A stretch of 64,000 bases of DNA, taken from Mobula hypostoma (taxonomy: Eukaryota). A model generated the notes under the pieces. That model saw only the letters and a list, made by a program, of their open reading frames with translations. It was not told where the DNA came from and ran no database searches. Both the position numbers and the translations under genes were made by a program. This document shows positions 49,901-59,575 of this stretch, in pieces (position 1 is the stretch's first letter; every line of letters starts with the position of its first letter). The stretch spans positions 114,578,001 through 114,642,000 of the forward strand of contig NC_086108.1 of the NCBI RefSeq assembly GCF_963921235.1, written 5' to 3'.

Positions 49901-52064
49901 AAATGAATGCTAACATTGCATTTGCCTCCCTCACCACAGACTCATCCTGTAAATTAACCTTTAGGGAATCCTGCACAAGGACTCTCAAATCCCTTTGCAC
50001 CTCAGTTTTTTTTAATTTTCTCTCCATTTATAAAATAGTCAACCATTTAATTCATCTACCAAAGCACATGACCATACACTTCCCAACACTGTATTCCATC
50101 TGCCATTTCTTTGCCTATTCTCCTAATCTGTTTGTCATCCTCGAAGTCCTTCCTCAAAATGACCTGCCCCTCCACCTATCTTCATATTGTCTACAAACTT
50201 TGCAGCAAAGCCATCAATTCCATCATCTAAATCATTGAACAAGAGGAATTCTGCAGATGCTGGAAATTCAAGCAACACACATGAAAGTTGCTGGTGAACG
50301 CAGCAGGCCAGGCAGCATCTCTAGGAAGAGGTACCGTTGATGTTTCAGGCCGAGACCCTTCGTCAGGACTAACTGAAGGAAGAGTTAGTAAGAGATTTGA
50401 AAGTGGGAGGGGGAGGGGGAGATCCAAAATGATCGGAGAAGACAGGAGGGGGAGGGATGGAGCCAAGAGCTGGACAGGTGATTGGCAAAGGGGATATGAA
50501 AGGATCATGGGACAGGAGGCCCAGGGAGAAGGAAAAGTGGTGGGGGACCCAGAGGATGGGCAAGGGGTATAGTGAGAGGGACAGAGGGAGAAAAAGGAGA
50601 GTGAGAGAAAGAATGTGTGTATATAAATAATGGATGGGGTACGAGGGGGAGGTGGGGCATTAGCGGAAGTTAGAGAAGTCAATGTTCATGCCATCAGGTT
50701 GGAGGCTACCCAGACGGAATATAAGGTGTTGTGACGGTCCTTCCAGGTGAGGTGACACTTCACCTGTGAGTCGGCTGGGGTGATATACTGCATCCGGTGC
50801 TCCCGATGTGGCCTTCTATATATTGGCGAGACCTGACGCAGACTGGGAGATTGTTTTGCTGAACACGTACGCTCTGTCCGCCAGAGAAAGTAGGATCTCC
50901 CAGTGGCCACACATTTTAATTCCACATCTCATTCCCATTCTGACATGTCTATCCACGGCCTCCTCTACTGTAAAGATGAAGCCACACTCAGGTTGGAGGA
51001 ACAACACCATGTCATTTTTCGTTTGAAATACTACTTCGTCTTTGGGATGTATAGGGTGAAAGGTAAAATGTTTACGGGAAATGTGGAACTTCTTTACTCA
51101 GAGGATGGTGAGAGTGCGGAACATGCTGCCAGCACAAGTGGTGGATGCGATTTTTGATTTCAATGTTTGAGAGAAGTTTGGATAGGTACATGAATGGGTG
51201 GGTTATGAAGGGCTTCGGTCCAGCAGCAGGTCAATGGGAATATGCAGTTTAAATGGTTCGGCACTGACTGGATGGCTGAAGGACCTGTTTCCTTGCCATA
51301 CTTTTCTATGATTCTCTGATTCCATAACCCCTGACAGGCAGTGACCGAACTCCTCGCTCCATACTTTGGTGAATTCTTTTCAGGAATAGCTATGCTACAA
51401 GTCTGGATGACAGCAGCAAGCCTGAGAGGAGAGATTCTTTGCTTGTGTAAATGACCCATAGAAACTGGACATTGCGGAGTTCATGAGTAACACAACATTT
51501 TGGAACAACTCAGCTATGGAGGGTCTGGCTTTCAGCCTGAAATTTCCTCTTTGTGTCTGTGGTCTTTTTCCTCCTCTTACTGAGTTACAGTGAAATATTG
51601 TGCTCTCATGTTTTTGAAGTTAACATGAGCTCCTATGTTCCTCTCACTTACTGAGTCTTCATTTAGTGCTATCAGCCCTGCTATAGACATTCAAGCTGCA
51701 GAAAACTCTCTCCCCAACTCTCCCTTCCCTCTCTTCTGCTAGAATTCTGTGTTTAGCCGTTGTAGGGCACATTTAATTCCGATAATCCGGCACACTGGTG
51801 CTTTGGTGCTAGACAGGCATGGTTTCTGAATTTTTGGAGGTTATTAACACTCAACGCTTTAAATTCATTTTTTAAAAGATTAAAGAGATTCTCTATCCGC
51901 AGGATGAGCTCCAGGAAACGGCAGCTGCCATACTTGCAGGAATGGAGGTGGGTTGGCTGAAGCCAGTGGTGGGACCGGAATTCCCATTGGAAAAGGCAGC
52001 CATGTCCCACGAAGAGATCATGAAGGGGTCTGGAGCAAGGGGCAAGATGATTTTGAACATATGA
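16808..52064 (+). CDS. CRYZ: Zeta-crystallin / NADPH:quinone oxidoreductase, whole gene: join of 16808-16927, 22666-22818, 26005-26168, 31714-31765, 33141-33290, 38815-38916, 46840-46935, 51903-52064 (999 nt, 332 aa)
   Basis: Spliced protein matches recalled CRYZ sequence throughout ([65 protein letters not shown]); all GT-AG introns with consistent phases. Confidence 0.97.
18589..18624 (-). ncRNA. Minimal type I hammerhead ribozyme motif (Penelope-associated)
   Basis: agtc-CTGATGA-a-gggt-ctcg-gcct-GAAAC-GTC-gact on the minus strand. Confidence 0.8.
21993..22028 (+). ncRNA. Minimal type I hammerhead ribozyme motif (Penelope-associated)
   Basis: agtc-CTGACGA-a-gggt-ctcg-gcct-GAAAC-GTC-gact; predicted cleavage after C22024. 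Confidence 0.8.
22666..22818 (+). CDS. CRYZ: CRYZ coding exon 2 ([12 protein letters not shown]...VTTFQ)
   Basis: ttttag| acceptor, CAG|gtcagt donor, 153 nt. Confidence 0.97.
24375..25135 (+). repeat. Degenerate minisatellite, ~17 units of ~45 bp
   Basis: Consensus roughly GGAGCAGCTGGGCTGAAGGACCTGTTTCCATCGTCTTGTTTGTNGT. Confidence 0.9.
25136..25979 (+). mobile_element. Penelope-like 3' fragment (GIY-YIG + 3' UTR, degenerate hammerhead at ~25850-25884)
   Basis: ORF 25111-25605 [21 protein letters not shown]; same 3' terminus as the other copies. Confidence 0.88.
26005..26168 (+). CDS. CRYZ: CRYZ coding exon 3 ([18 protein letters not shown]...YRALLQK)
   Basis: ctgttag| acceptor, AA|gtaagc donor, 164 nt. 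Confidence 0.97.
26396..27140 (-). mobile_element. Rex1/Babar LINE 3' fragment inserted into a SINE
   Basis: [36 protein letters not shown]; aataaa plus short repeat tail; SINE halves on both sides. Confidence 0.8.
28480..31327 (+). mobile_element. Decayed long CR1 LINE nested within an older minus-strand CR1 (~27960-28476 and 31326-31372)
   Basis: ORF1 esterase end, endonuclease (SDHN) and RT motifs, ttatggtcttat tail; host CR1 reads continuously aatgcc|ttataaagcctcagc. Confidence 0.85.
31714..31765 (+). CDS. CRYZ: CRYZ coding exon 4 ([17 protein letters not shown])
   Basis: ttttcag| acceptor, GGG|gtaag donor, 52 nt; start of the nucleotide-binding glycine motif. Confidence 0.96.
32284..32480. 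repeat. Compound (TG)n/(TA)n microsatellite
   Basis: Direct reading. Confidence 0.97.
32505..33000 (-). mobile_element. Decayed Penelope-like 3' fragment
   Basis: gctggaggaactcagcaggccaggcag terminus and ccatcaggttggaggctac segment. Confidence 0.75.
33141..33290 (+). CDS. CRYZ: CRYZ coding exon 5 ([13 protein letters not shown]...YTDQIK)
   Basis: ctttcag| acceptor, AAG|gtactg donor, 150 nt. Confidence 0.96.
33443..33797 (-). mobile_element. CR1 LINE 3' end
   Basis: accatagaa repeat tail; [14 protein letters not shown]. Confidence 0.85.
33800..35114 (+). mobile_element. hAT-like remnant with a BED-finger fragment, containing a nested non-autonomous hAT (Charlie/Buster-like) element at ~33931-34633
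   Basis: Inner element: TIR-like agtggtccccaacc ... gacccctg, ORF 34021-34305 resembling a hAT dimerization domain ([15 protein letters not shown]). Outer element: [22 protein letters not shown] at ~34700-34770 and end gggtgggatgtctg. Confidence 0.7.
35220..35740 (-). mobile_element. Rex1/Babar LINE RT fragment
   Basis: [35 protein letters not shown] motifs. Confidence 0.85.
37165..37997. mobile_element. Older Penelope-like fold-back (minus 3' end 37165-37292, plus GIY-YIG/3' arm to ~37997)
   Basis: Terminal motifs in both orientations; [19 protein letters not shown]. Confidence 0.75.
38148..38228. mobile_element. 81-bp hAT-type MITE
   Basis: TIRs cagcagttcccaacct / aggttgggaacccctg; 8-bp TSD tcctagag / tcctacag. 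Confidence 0.85.
38815..38916 (+). CDS. CRYZ: CRYZ coding exon 6 ([20 protein letters not shown]...GGRVI)
   Basis: ctgccag| acceptor, |gtgagt donor, 102 nt. Confidence 0.96.
40914..40958. repeat. (CA)n microsatellite
   Basis: Direct reading. Confidence 0.97.
41806..46200 (-). mobile_element. Near full-length decayed CR1 LINE (ORF1 esterase, ORF2 EN/RT)
   Basis: ORF fragments 44939-45289, 43406-43858, 42357-42791; taagaccataag tail. Confidence 0.85.
46840..46935 (+). CDS. CRYZ: CRYZ coding exon 7 ([32 protein letters not shown])
   Basis: tctgcag| acceptor, AAG|gtaag donor, 96 nt. Confidence 0.97.
47190..50237 (-). mobile_element. CR1 LINE fragment hosting the RTE insertion and cut by a Penelope insertion
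   Basis: CR1 motifs at 47268-47955 and 49894-50237. Confidence 0.8.
47956..49893 (-). mobile_element. 5'-truncated RTE-clade (BovB-like) LINE, ORF broken by one stop at 48451
   Basis: [44 protein letters not shown]-terminal CPTC..H..H; (ACA)n tail at 47959-47970. Confidence 0.92.
50238..51008. mobile_element. Penelope-like element with 5' inversion
   Basis: Minus arm 50238-50731 (3' end, degenerate hammerhead ~50335-50370); plus arm 50737-51008 (upstream GIY-YIG part). Confidence 0.88.
51903..52064 (+). CDS. CRYZ: CRYZ last coding exon ([24 protein letters not shown]...GKMILNI*)
   Basis: ccgcag| acceptor; TGA at 52062-52064. Confidence 0.96.
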   Translation, partial: DELQETAAAILAGMEVGWLKPVVGPEFPLEKAAMSHEEIMKGSGARGKMILNI

Positions 52065-52239
52065 TCCGTCACTGCCGTGGAGAGAGGGAACCAGGTGGGG
52101 GCCACAATATTCCCAATCATATTTGGGGGAGGGAAGTCAATTGATTTGAGCGCTTCCATTGTCTATTGAACACTATTCCTCCACACACTCATTCACTCTT
52201 ATTGGAACATAGCATGGTACAGCTTTGGCCTTTGATATA

Positions 52240-52731
52240 CACTCAGTGGCTCCTTTATTCGGTATCAAGATGCCACTGAGTGTATGTTCATGGTCTTCTG
52301 CTGCTGTAGCCCATCCACTTCAAAGTTCGACGAGTTCAGAGATGCTCTTCTGCACACCATTGTTGTAATATGTGGCTATTTAAGTTACTGTCTCCTTCCT
52401 GTCAGCTCGAACCATTCTGGCCATTCTCCTCTGACGTCTCTGATTAAGAAGGAGTTTTCACCCATAGAACGGCCACTCACTGGCTGTGTCTGTGTTTTTT
52501 TTACAGTCAAGAGACTGTGTGTAAAAATCCCGGGAGATAAGCAGTTTCTGAGATACTCAAACTACCCTATCTGGCACCCAAGTCACTTAGATCACATTTC
52601 TTCCCTATGGTTGATCTGTACAATAACTGAACCCTTTGACCATGTCTGCATGCTTTTGTGCATTGAGTTGCTGATTAGATATTTGCATTAATGAGTATTA
52701 CAGATGTACGCAATAAAGTGGCCACTGAGTG
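52240..52731. mobile_element. Non-autonomous Tc1/mariner-type element downstream of the CRYZ stop
   Basis: TA|cactcagtggctcctttatt ... aataaagtggccactgagtg|TA: TIRs plus TA duplication. Confidence 0.85.
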
Positions 52732-53662
52732 TAGACATCTGAGTTATTTGATTTGGTTGTGGTTCTCCAGTTTGGGTGTGGGGCCCATACAGACAGAGAA
52801 GAATTGTTTGTAACTGAGACACAAGAGACTGACTACAGGATGTGGGGGTTGGTGAGGTACTGACTGCCTGAAATCATGATTCCTGTTGCTGCTTATAAAC
52901 AGTTTCTGCGTTTTCCCCGTGAGCACTTGGGTTTCCTCCGGATGCTTGAGTTTCCTCTCACAGTCCAGAGGTACCAGTTGGTAGGTTAGTTGAGCATTGT
53001 AAATTGTCCCATGATTAAGCTGGGATTAAATTGGAGGGGTTGCTGGGTGGTGTTGTTTGAAGGCTGGAAGGGCCTATTCTGTGCTATATCTCAATGAATG
53101 AATACATAAAATAGAATAGAGTTAGTGAATGACTACACCCAACAAGATGGACAAGCAATCAATGTACAAACTTTTCAAATGCAAAAAAAAGGGAGAAATA
53201 ATAATAAATAAGAAATAAATAACAAGAACATGAAATGAAGAGTCAGTGAAACTGAGTCCATATGAATCCAAAAGAACAGCAAAAACTGATACAGTTTGGC
53301 ACTAGTGGCAACACAGGAGTTGCCAGTCAGTGTTGAACTCAGTGTAGGACTGTCTTAGGGACTTCATCTCTGGATTTTTCATTGGGGGTTTACTTTTGAA
53401 GTCTTCCCCATGAGTGGGTTTGGCCACAATGCAGCACAGGTTTGAGATCAGAGTGTTCTTTCTCCTAGATGAGCTGTCAATCATGGCTGATGAGCCCTAT
53501 TTGCCTGAAGTGATTGGTATTGTGGAGCCAGTAACCTGACTTTGACCCTTCTTCTGACAGCAGAAATGATTCCACCAAGCTTAGTAGCTAAGCCTCACAT
53601 GAAGGCCAGGAGCTGGACTTGGCTCGCAGAGGCTAACAGAGCTCTATGTCATGGGAACATTT

Positions 53663-55302
53663 AAGACCATAAGATATAGGAGCAGAAGTAGGCCATTCAT
53701 CCCATCGAGTCTGCTCCGCCATTCAATCATGGGCTGATCCAACTCTTCCAGTCATCCCCACTCCCCTGCCTTCTCCCCATACCCTTTGATGCCTGGGCTA
53801 ATCAGGAACCTATCTATCTCTGCCTTAAATGCACCCAATGACTTGGCCTCCACAGCCATTCATGGCAGCAAATTCCACAGATTTACCACCCTCTGACTAA
53901 AGTAATTTCTCCACATCTCTGTTCTAAATGGACATCCTTCAATCCTGAAGTTGTGCCCTCTTGTCCTAGACCCCCCCCCCATGGGAAATAACTTTGCCAT
54001 ATTTAATCTGTTCAGGCCTTTTAACATTCGGAATGTTTCTATGAAATCCCCCCTCATTCTCCTGAACTCCAGGGAATACAGTCCAAGAGCTGCCAGACAT
54101 TCCTCATACAGTAACCCTTTCATTCCTGGAATCATTCTCGTGAATCTTCTTTGAAGCCTCTCCAACGTTAGTATATCCTTCCTAAAATAAGGAGCCCAAA
54201 ACTGCACACAATATTCCAAGTGTGGTCTCACGAGTGCCTTATAGAGCCTCAACATCACATCCCTACTCATATATTCTATACCTCTAGAAATGAATGCCAA
54301 CATTGCATTCACCTTCTGCACCACCCACTCAACCTGGAGGTTAACCTTTAGGGTATCCTGCGTAAGGACTCCCAATTCCCTTTGCATCTCTGCATTTTGA
54401 ATTCTCTCCCCATCTAAATAATGGTCTGCCCGTTTATTTCTTCCACCAAAGTGCATGACCATACACTTTCCAACATTCTATTTCATTTGCCACTTCTTTG
54501 CCCATTCCCCTAAACTAAGTCTCTCTGCAGGCTCCCTGTTTCCTCAACACTACCCGCTCCTCCACCTATCTTTGTATCATCGGCAAATTTAGCTACAAAT
54601 CCATTAATAACATAGTCCAAATCATTGACATACATCGTAAAAAGCAGCGGTCCCAACACCGACCCCTGTGGAACTCCACTGGTAACCGGCAGCCAGCCAG
54701 AATAGGATCCCTTTATTCCCACTCTCTGTTTTCTGCCGATGCTCCCCCCACGCTAGTAACTTCCCTGTAATTCCATGGGCTCTTATCTTGCTAAGCAGCC
54801 TCATGTGCAGCATCTTGTCAAAGGCCTTCTAAAGATCCAAGTACACCATGTCTACTGCATCTCCTTTGTCTACCCTGCTTGTAATTTCCTCAAAAAAATT
54901 GCAGTAGGTTAGTCAGGCAGGATTTTCCTTTCAAGAAACCATGCTGGCTTTGGCCTATCTTGTCATGTGCCTCCAGGTACACCGTAATCTCATCCCTAAC
55001 AATCAATTCCAACAACTTCCCAACCACTGATGTCAGGCTAACAGGTCTATAGTTTCCTTTCTGCTGCCTCCCACCCTTCTTAAATAGTGGAGTAACATTT
55101 GCAATTTTCCAGTCATCCGGTAAAATGCCAGAATCCATAAATTCTTGAAAGATCATTGTTAATGCCTCCGCAATCTCTCCAGCTACATCCTTCAGAACCC
55201 GAGTGTGCTTTCCATCAGGTCCAGGAGATTTATCCACCCTCAGACAATTAAGCTTCCTGAGCACCTTCTCAGTTGTAATCTTCACTGCGCATACTTCACT
55301 TC
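53663..55302 (-). mobile_element. CR1 LINE 3' ~1.6 kb
   Basis: ORFs 54890-55285, 54510-54722 ([16 protein letters not shown]), 53860-54462. Confidence 0.9.
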
Positions 55303-56774
55303 CACATTTCCTAGGTAGTGGGAATTTATGTCCCCTCTCCTGGCTATGACAACCTTAAGGAACACTGCTCCATAGTATCACTAACCCATAAGCTGATATG
55401 GAATGGCTGTGTTTAGATATTTCACTTGCCTGAGGTCAGCTTGGCCAGCCTTCCCATTGTTGCCAGCTCCCTGTGGTGTAGGGCTTGTCTAAAGCAATCC
55501 AGGGCCAACACAAGGCAGAGTGGGAAGGAGGTGTGATGTAGCGGTTAGCACTGTTACAGTTCAGGGTGACTGAGTTCAGAGTTCAATTCCAGCTTCCTCT
55601 GTGAGGAGTCTTTGTCCTCCCCCATGGAATGCTTGTGTTTTCTGTGGCTACTCCAGTTTCCATCCACATTCCACAGTCATACCAGTTAATAGGTGAATTG
55701 GTCTTTGTAAATTTTTCCATGATTGGGGAGCTGAGCAGCATGACTTGAAGGACCTATTCCATGCTGTATCTCTAAATAAATAAAATTCATCTCTGTGATC
55801 GGGGGAAGCCAAGGCTTCAAAAAAAAAACTGCATCAAAATGAAGGAATGGTTTGAGAGGATTTATTTTTTGTGCTGTTTGATTGTATAACTCTGTTCACA
55901 TCTTGCCAAGCGTGTTGGACCCTGCTGCTGGTGCTGCCGACATCCCTCACATAAGCCGAACATAGTCTGTAACACACAGTACACCACCTTCAGTCACTTG
56001 GCTCAGGCGGACCCCTCACAGGGCTGGAGAGGAGCCTGTGGCACTATCTCTGAGTGCACAGGTGTCTCCACGATGGGACACAAGATCTCTCCTCACCGAG
56101 TTAGAGGGTCAGGGTTTCAGCTTCCTGTCCACAGGATCCCAATCAGCCAAGCCACAACTCCGTGGCTAAGAGTGCTGACTTTCAGCTGATGTGTAGGTCA
56201 AAGATTTGCACGATGTGGAAATAAGCCATTTGGCCTAACTCGCCCGTGTCAACCAGAGGGAATTCTATGCACCAGAGATTCTGCAGGTGTAGATGAGGGA
56301 ATCCTTCTCTGTTGATCCCAGCTCCCAGCATTTAGTCACAGCCCTCCGTGCCCATGGATTGAAGTGCTCTTCATGACATTTATTCACTGCTGTCAGTAAC
56401 CCTGCTTTCTCTGGCTGTGTTTTCCAGGAACTCACCGCTCTCTGGGTGAAGATGCCCTCCCAGATACCCTCTAAATATCTCTGCCCACCCCCTCCCACCA
56501 TTAACATAGATCTAGAAAAGATTCCTGCAATTTACCCAGTTCTTTTTACCCAAAATTATATCCTATATTATTTTATATATCTTACTCGTGCCTCTGAACT
56601 CCCTCCGCTCCAGGGAGAGCAGACTCTCCTTAGAGCTGAACTCTTCTGCCCCAGGAAGCATTCTGGTGAAACTTGTCTGCACCCTCTCCAGCACCATCAC
56701 ATCCTTCACGTAGTACAGTGACCAGAACTGCATGTGATTCTCCGGCTGAGGGCACCGTGGTTTAGAGAATTAAA

Positions 56775-57410
56775 TCATAAGACATAGGAGCAGAATTAAG
56801 CCACTCAGCCAATCAAGTCTGTCCTGCCATTCCATCATGGCTGATTTATTATCCCTCTCAACTCCATTCTCCTGCCTTCTCCCTCTGACACACTGACTAA
56901 CCAAGAACATATCAACCTCTGCTTTAAATACTGTATACTCAATGACTTGGCCGCCACAGCTGTCTGTGACAATGAATTCCATGATTCACCACTCTCTATT
57001 CTTCCTCATCTCTGTTCTGAATAGATATCCCTCAATTCTGAGGCTGTGCTCTCTGGTCCTAGACTCCCCCACTATAGGAAACATTCTGTCCACATCCACT
57101 CTGTCTAAACCATACAATATTTGATAAGTTTCAATGAGAACCGCACCCACCGCCTATTCTTCGAAACTCCAGTGGGTACAGGCCAAGAGCATCACATGTA
57201 TGTTCCTCATACATTAACCCTTTCATTCTCGGAATCATTCTTGTGAACCTCTTCTGGACCCTCTCCAATGCCAATATGTCTTTTCTTAGATAAGAGGTCC
57301 AAAACCTCTCACAATACTCCCAAGTATGGTCTGACTAATGCTTTATAAAGCCTCAGTATCACGTCCTTGCTCTTATATTCTAGTCCTCTCAAAATGAACG
57401 CTAATATCAC
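56775..57410 (-). mobile_element. CR1 LINE 3' fragment
   Basis: Same 3' UTR/ORF2-end sequence as the other CR1 copies. Confidence 0.8.
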
Positions 57411-58411
57411 ATTAATTTGCAATCTCATTAAACCCACGCCCACCTATCACCATGGAAGGCAGGAACATAACTGATGGTATGACAGTAAAAGCAGAGAAGA
57501 TTGTTCCAATGTCTTGGCTGAAACAAACAATTCCTTCACTCAGTACTGACCCTCCATGGTCAATATATCAGTGAGCCCAGAATTACCCCCACTAGAACCT
57601 GTACCCTGGTCCTCTGCTCACACCTGGTGTTTGGTTGTTCATCCTGCTAACAGTGTTTCGGTACAAGACCCTGGTCTTGTGGGGCCTCTTTTCCCTTCAG
57701 ACTGTGTGCCTGTGAAGGTGCAGATTGCCATCAGTAACAGGGAGGGGAGGTACAGAGTGCCCATTACCTGTGCTAGGGTGAAACCTTGGCTGACGGTACA
57801 TCCTCAGCTTGAATGTATTGCGATGAGGTCTCAGGTTGGGGGAGTCCCAGGTGCTCCACTGGGAGATGTGCGGGTCAATCCCTGACGTTATTTCACTGGC
57901 TTCATATCGATCCTAATTGGATCAAAGATTACGTGTACATCAAAACATAAAGTGAAATACATCAATTGCATCAACGACCAGTACAGTCCAAATATGTGCT
58001 GGGTAGCCCACAAGTGTTGCCAGACATTCTGGCACCTGTATAGCATGCCCACTACTTAATAACCCTAACTTGTATAGCTTTTAAGTGCAGGAGGAAACCC
58101 ATGCAGTCACAGGGAGAGTGTACAAACTCCTTACAGACATTGGTGGGTATTGAACCTTGATAGCTGATGCTGTAAAGCGTTACACTGACAGGCAAATGCA
58201 TTCGTTATGTACCGTGATCTGCTGAAAACAGATGAGGCTCTCTGTTGGTCAGGGTTAACAATGAATGTTGTATCCTAGCTGTCTACAATATGCACGCCAG
58301 GGCAATACGATATGAAGAGCAAGCTGTTGCCCATGCAGCAGGCTCCCAACTCCATGCAGCTGATGAAGCCAAAGGAATGGCAGAAACCAGCAGCATCACA
58401 GGTTTAAGATT

Positions 58412-59575
58412 ACATAGAAACATAGAAAACCTACAGCACAATACAGACCCTTCGGCCCACAAAGTTGTGTCGAACATGTCCCTAGAAATTACTAGGGTTA
58501 CCCATTGCCCTCTATTTTTCTAAGCTCCATGTACCTATCCAAAAGTCTGTTAAAAGACCCTTTCGTATCCGCCTCCACCACCGTTGCCGGCAGCCCATTC
58601 CACGCACTCACCAGTCTCTGAGTAAAAAACTTACCCCTGACATCTCCTCTGTACCTACTCCCAAGCACCTTAAACCTGTACCCTCTTGTCGCAGCCATTT
58701 CAGCCCTGGGAAAAAGCCTCTGACTAACCACTCGATCAGTGCCTCCCATCATCTTATACACCTCTATCAGGTCACCTCTCATCCTCCGTCGCTCTAAGGA
58801 GAAATGGCCGAGTTCATTCAACCTGTTTCCATAAGACACGCTCCCCAATCCAGGCAACATCCTTGAAAACCTTCTCTGCACCATTTCTATGGTTTCCACA
58901 TCCTTCCTGTAGTGAGGCGACCAGAATTGAGCACAGTACTCCAAGTGTGGTTTGACCAGGGTCCTATATAGCTGCAACATTACCTCTTGGCTCCTAAATT
59001 CAATTCCATGATTGGTGAAGGCCAATACAGCATATGCCTTCTTAACCACAGAGTCAACCTGCGCAGCTGCTTTGAGCGTCCTATGGACTCGGACCCCAAG
59101 ATCCCTCTGATCCTCCACATTGCTAAGAGTCTTACCATTAATAATATATTCTGCCATCATATTTGACCTACCAAAATGAAGCACTCCACACTTATCTGGG
59201 TTGAACTCCATCTCAGCCTAGTTTTGCATCCTATCAATGTGCCACTCTGACTTCTGACAGCCCGCCACACTACCCACAACACCCCCAACCTTTGTGTCAT
59301 CAGCAAACTTACTAACCTATTCTTCCACTTCTTCATCCAGGTCATTTATAAAAATCACGAAGAGAAGGGGTCCCAGAACAGATCCTTGAGGCACACCACT
59401 GGCCACTGACCTCCATGCAGAATATGACCCATCTACAACCACTCTTTGCCTTCTGTGAGCAAGCCAGTTCCAGATCCACAAAGCAATGTCCCCTTGGATC
59501 CCATGCCTCCTTACTTCCTCAATAAGTCTTGCATGGGGTACCTTGTCAAATGCCTTACTGAAATCCATGTACACT
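58412..59575 (-). mobile_element. CR1 LINE 3' fragment
   Basis: [24 protein letters not shown]; catagaaa repeat tail. Confidence 0.9.

Noticed and set aside
48391..50238. Long plus-strand ORFs over the RTE
   Set aside because: Antisense shadows of a GC-rich, codon-biased RT ORF.
57556..57885. 109-aa ORF in unique-looking sequence; possible next gene (ERICH3 follows CRYZ in human)
   Set aside because: No recognisable homology or convincing splice structure; no ERICH3-like exon found by eye.
58355..58392. CTGATGA..GAAAC hammerhead-like string
   Set aside because: No stem I/III or NUH site evident, and the homologous copy near 53260 lacks the core.
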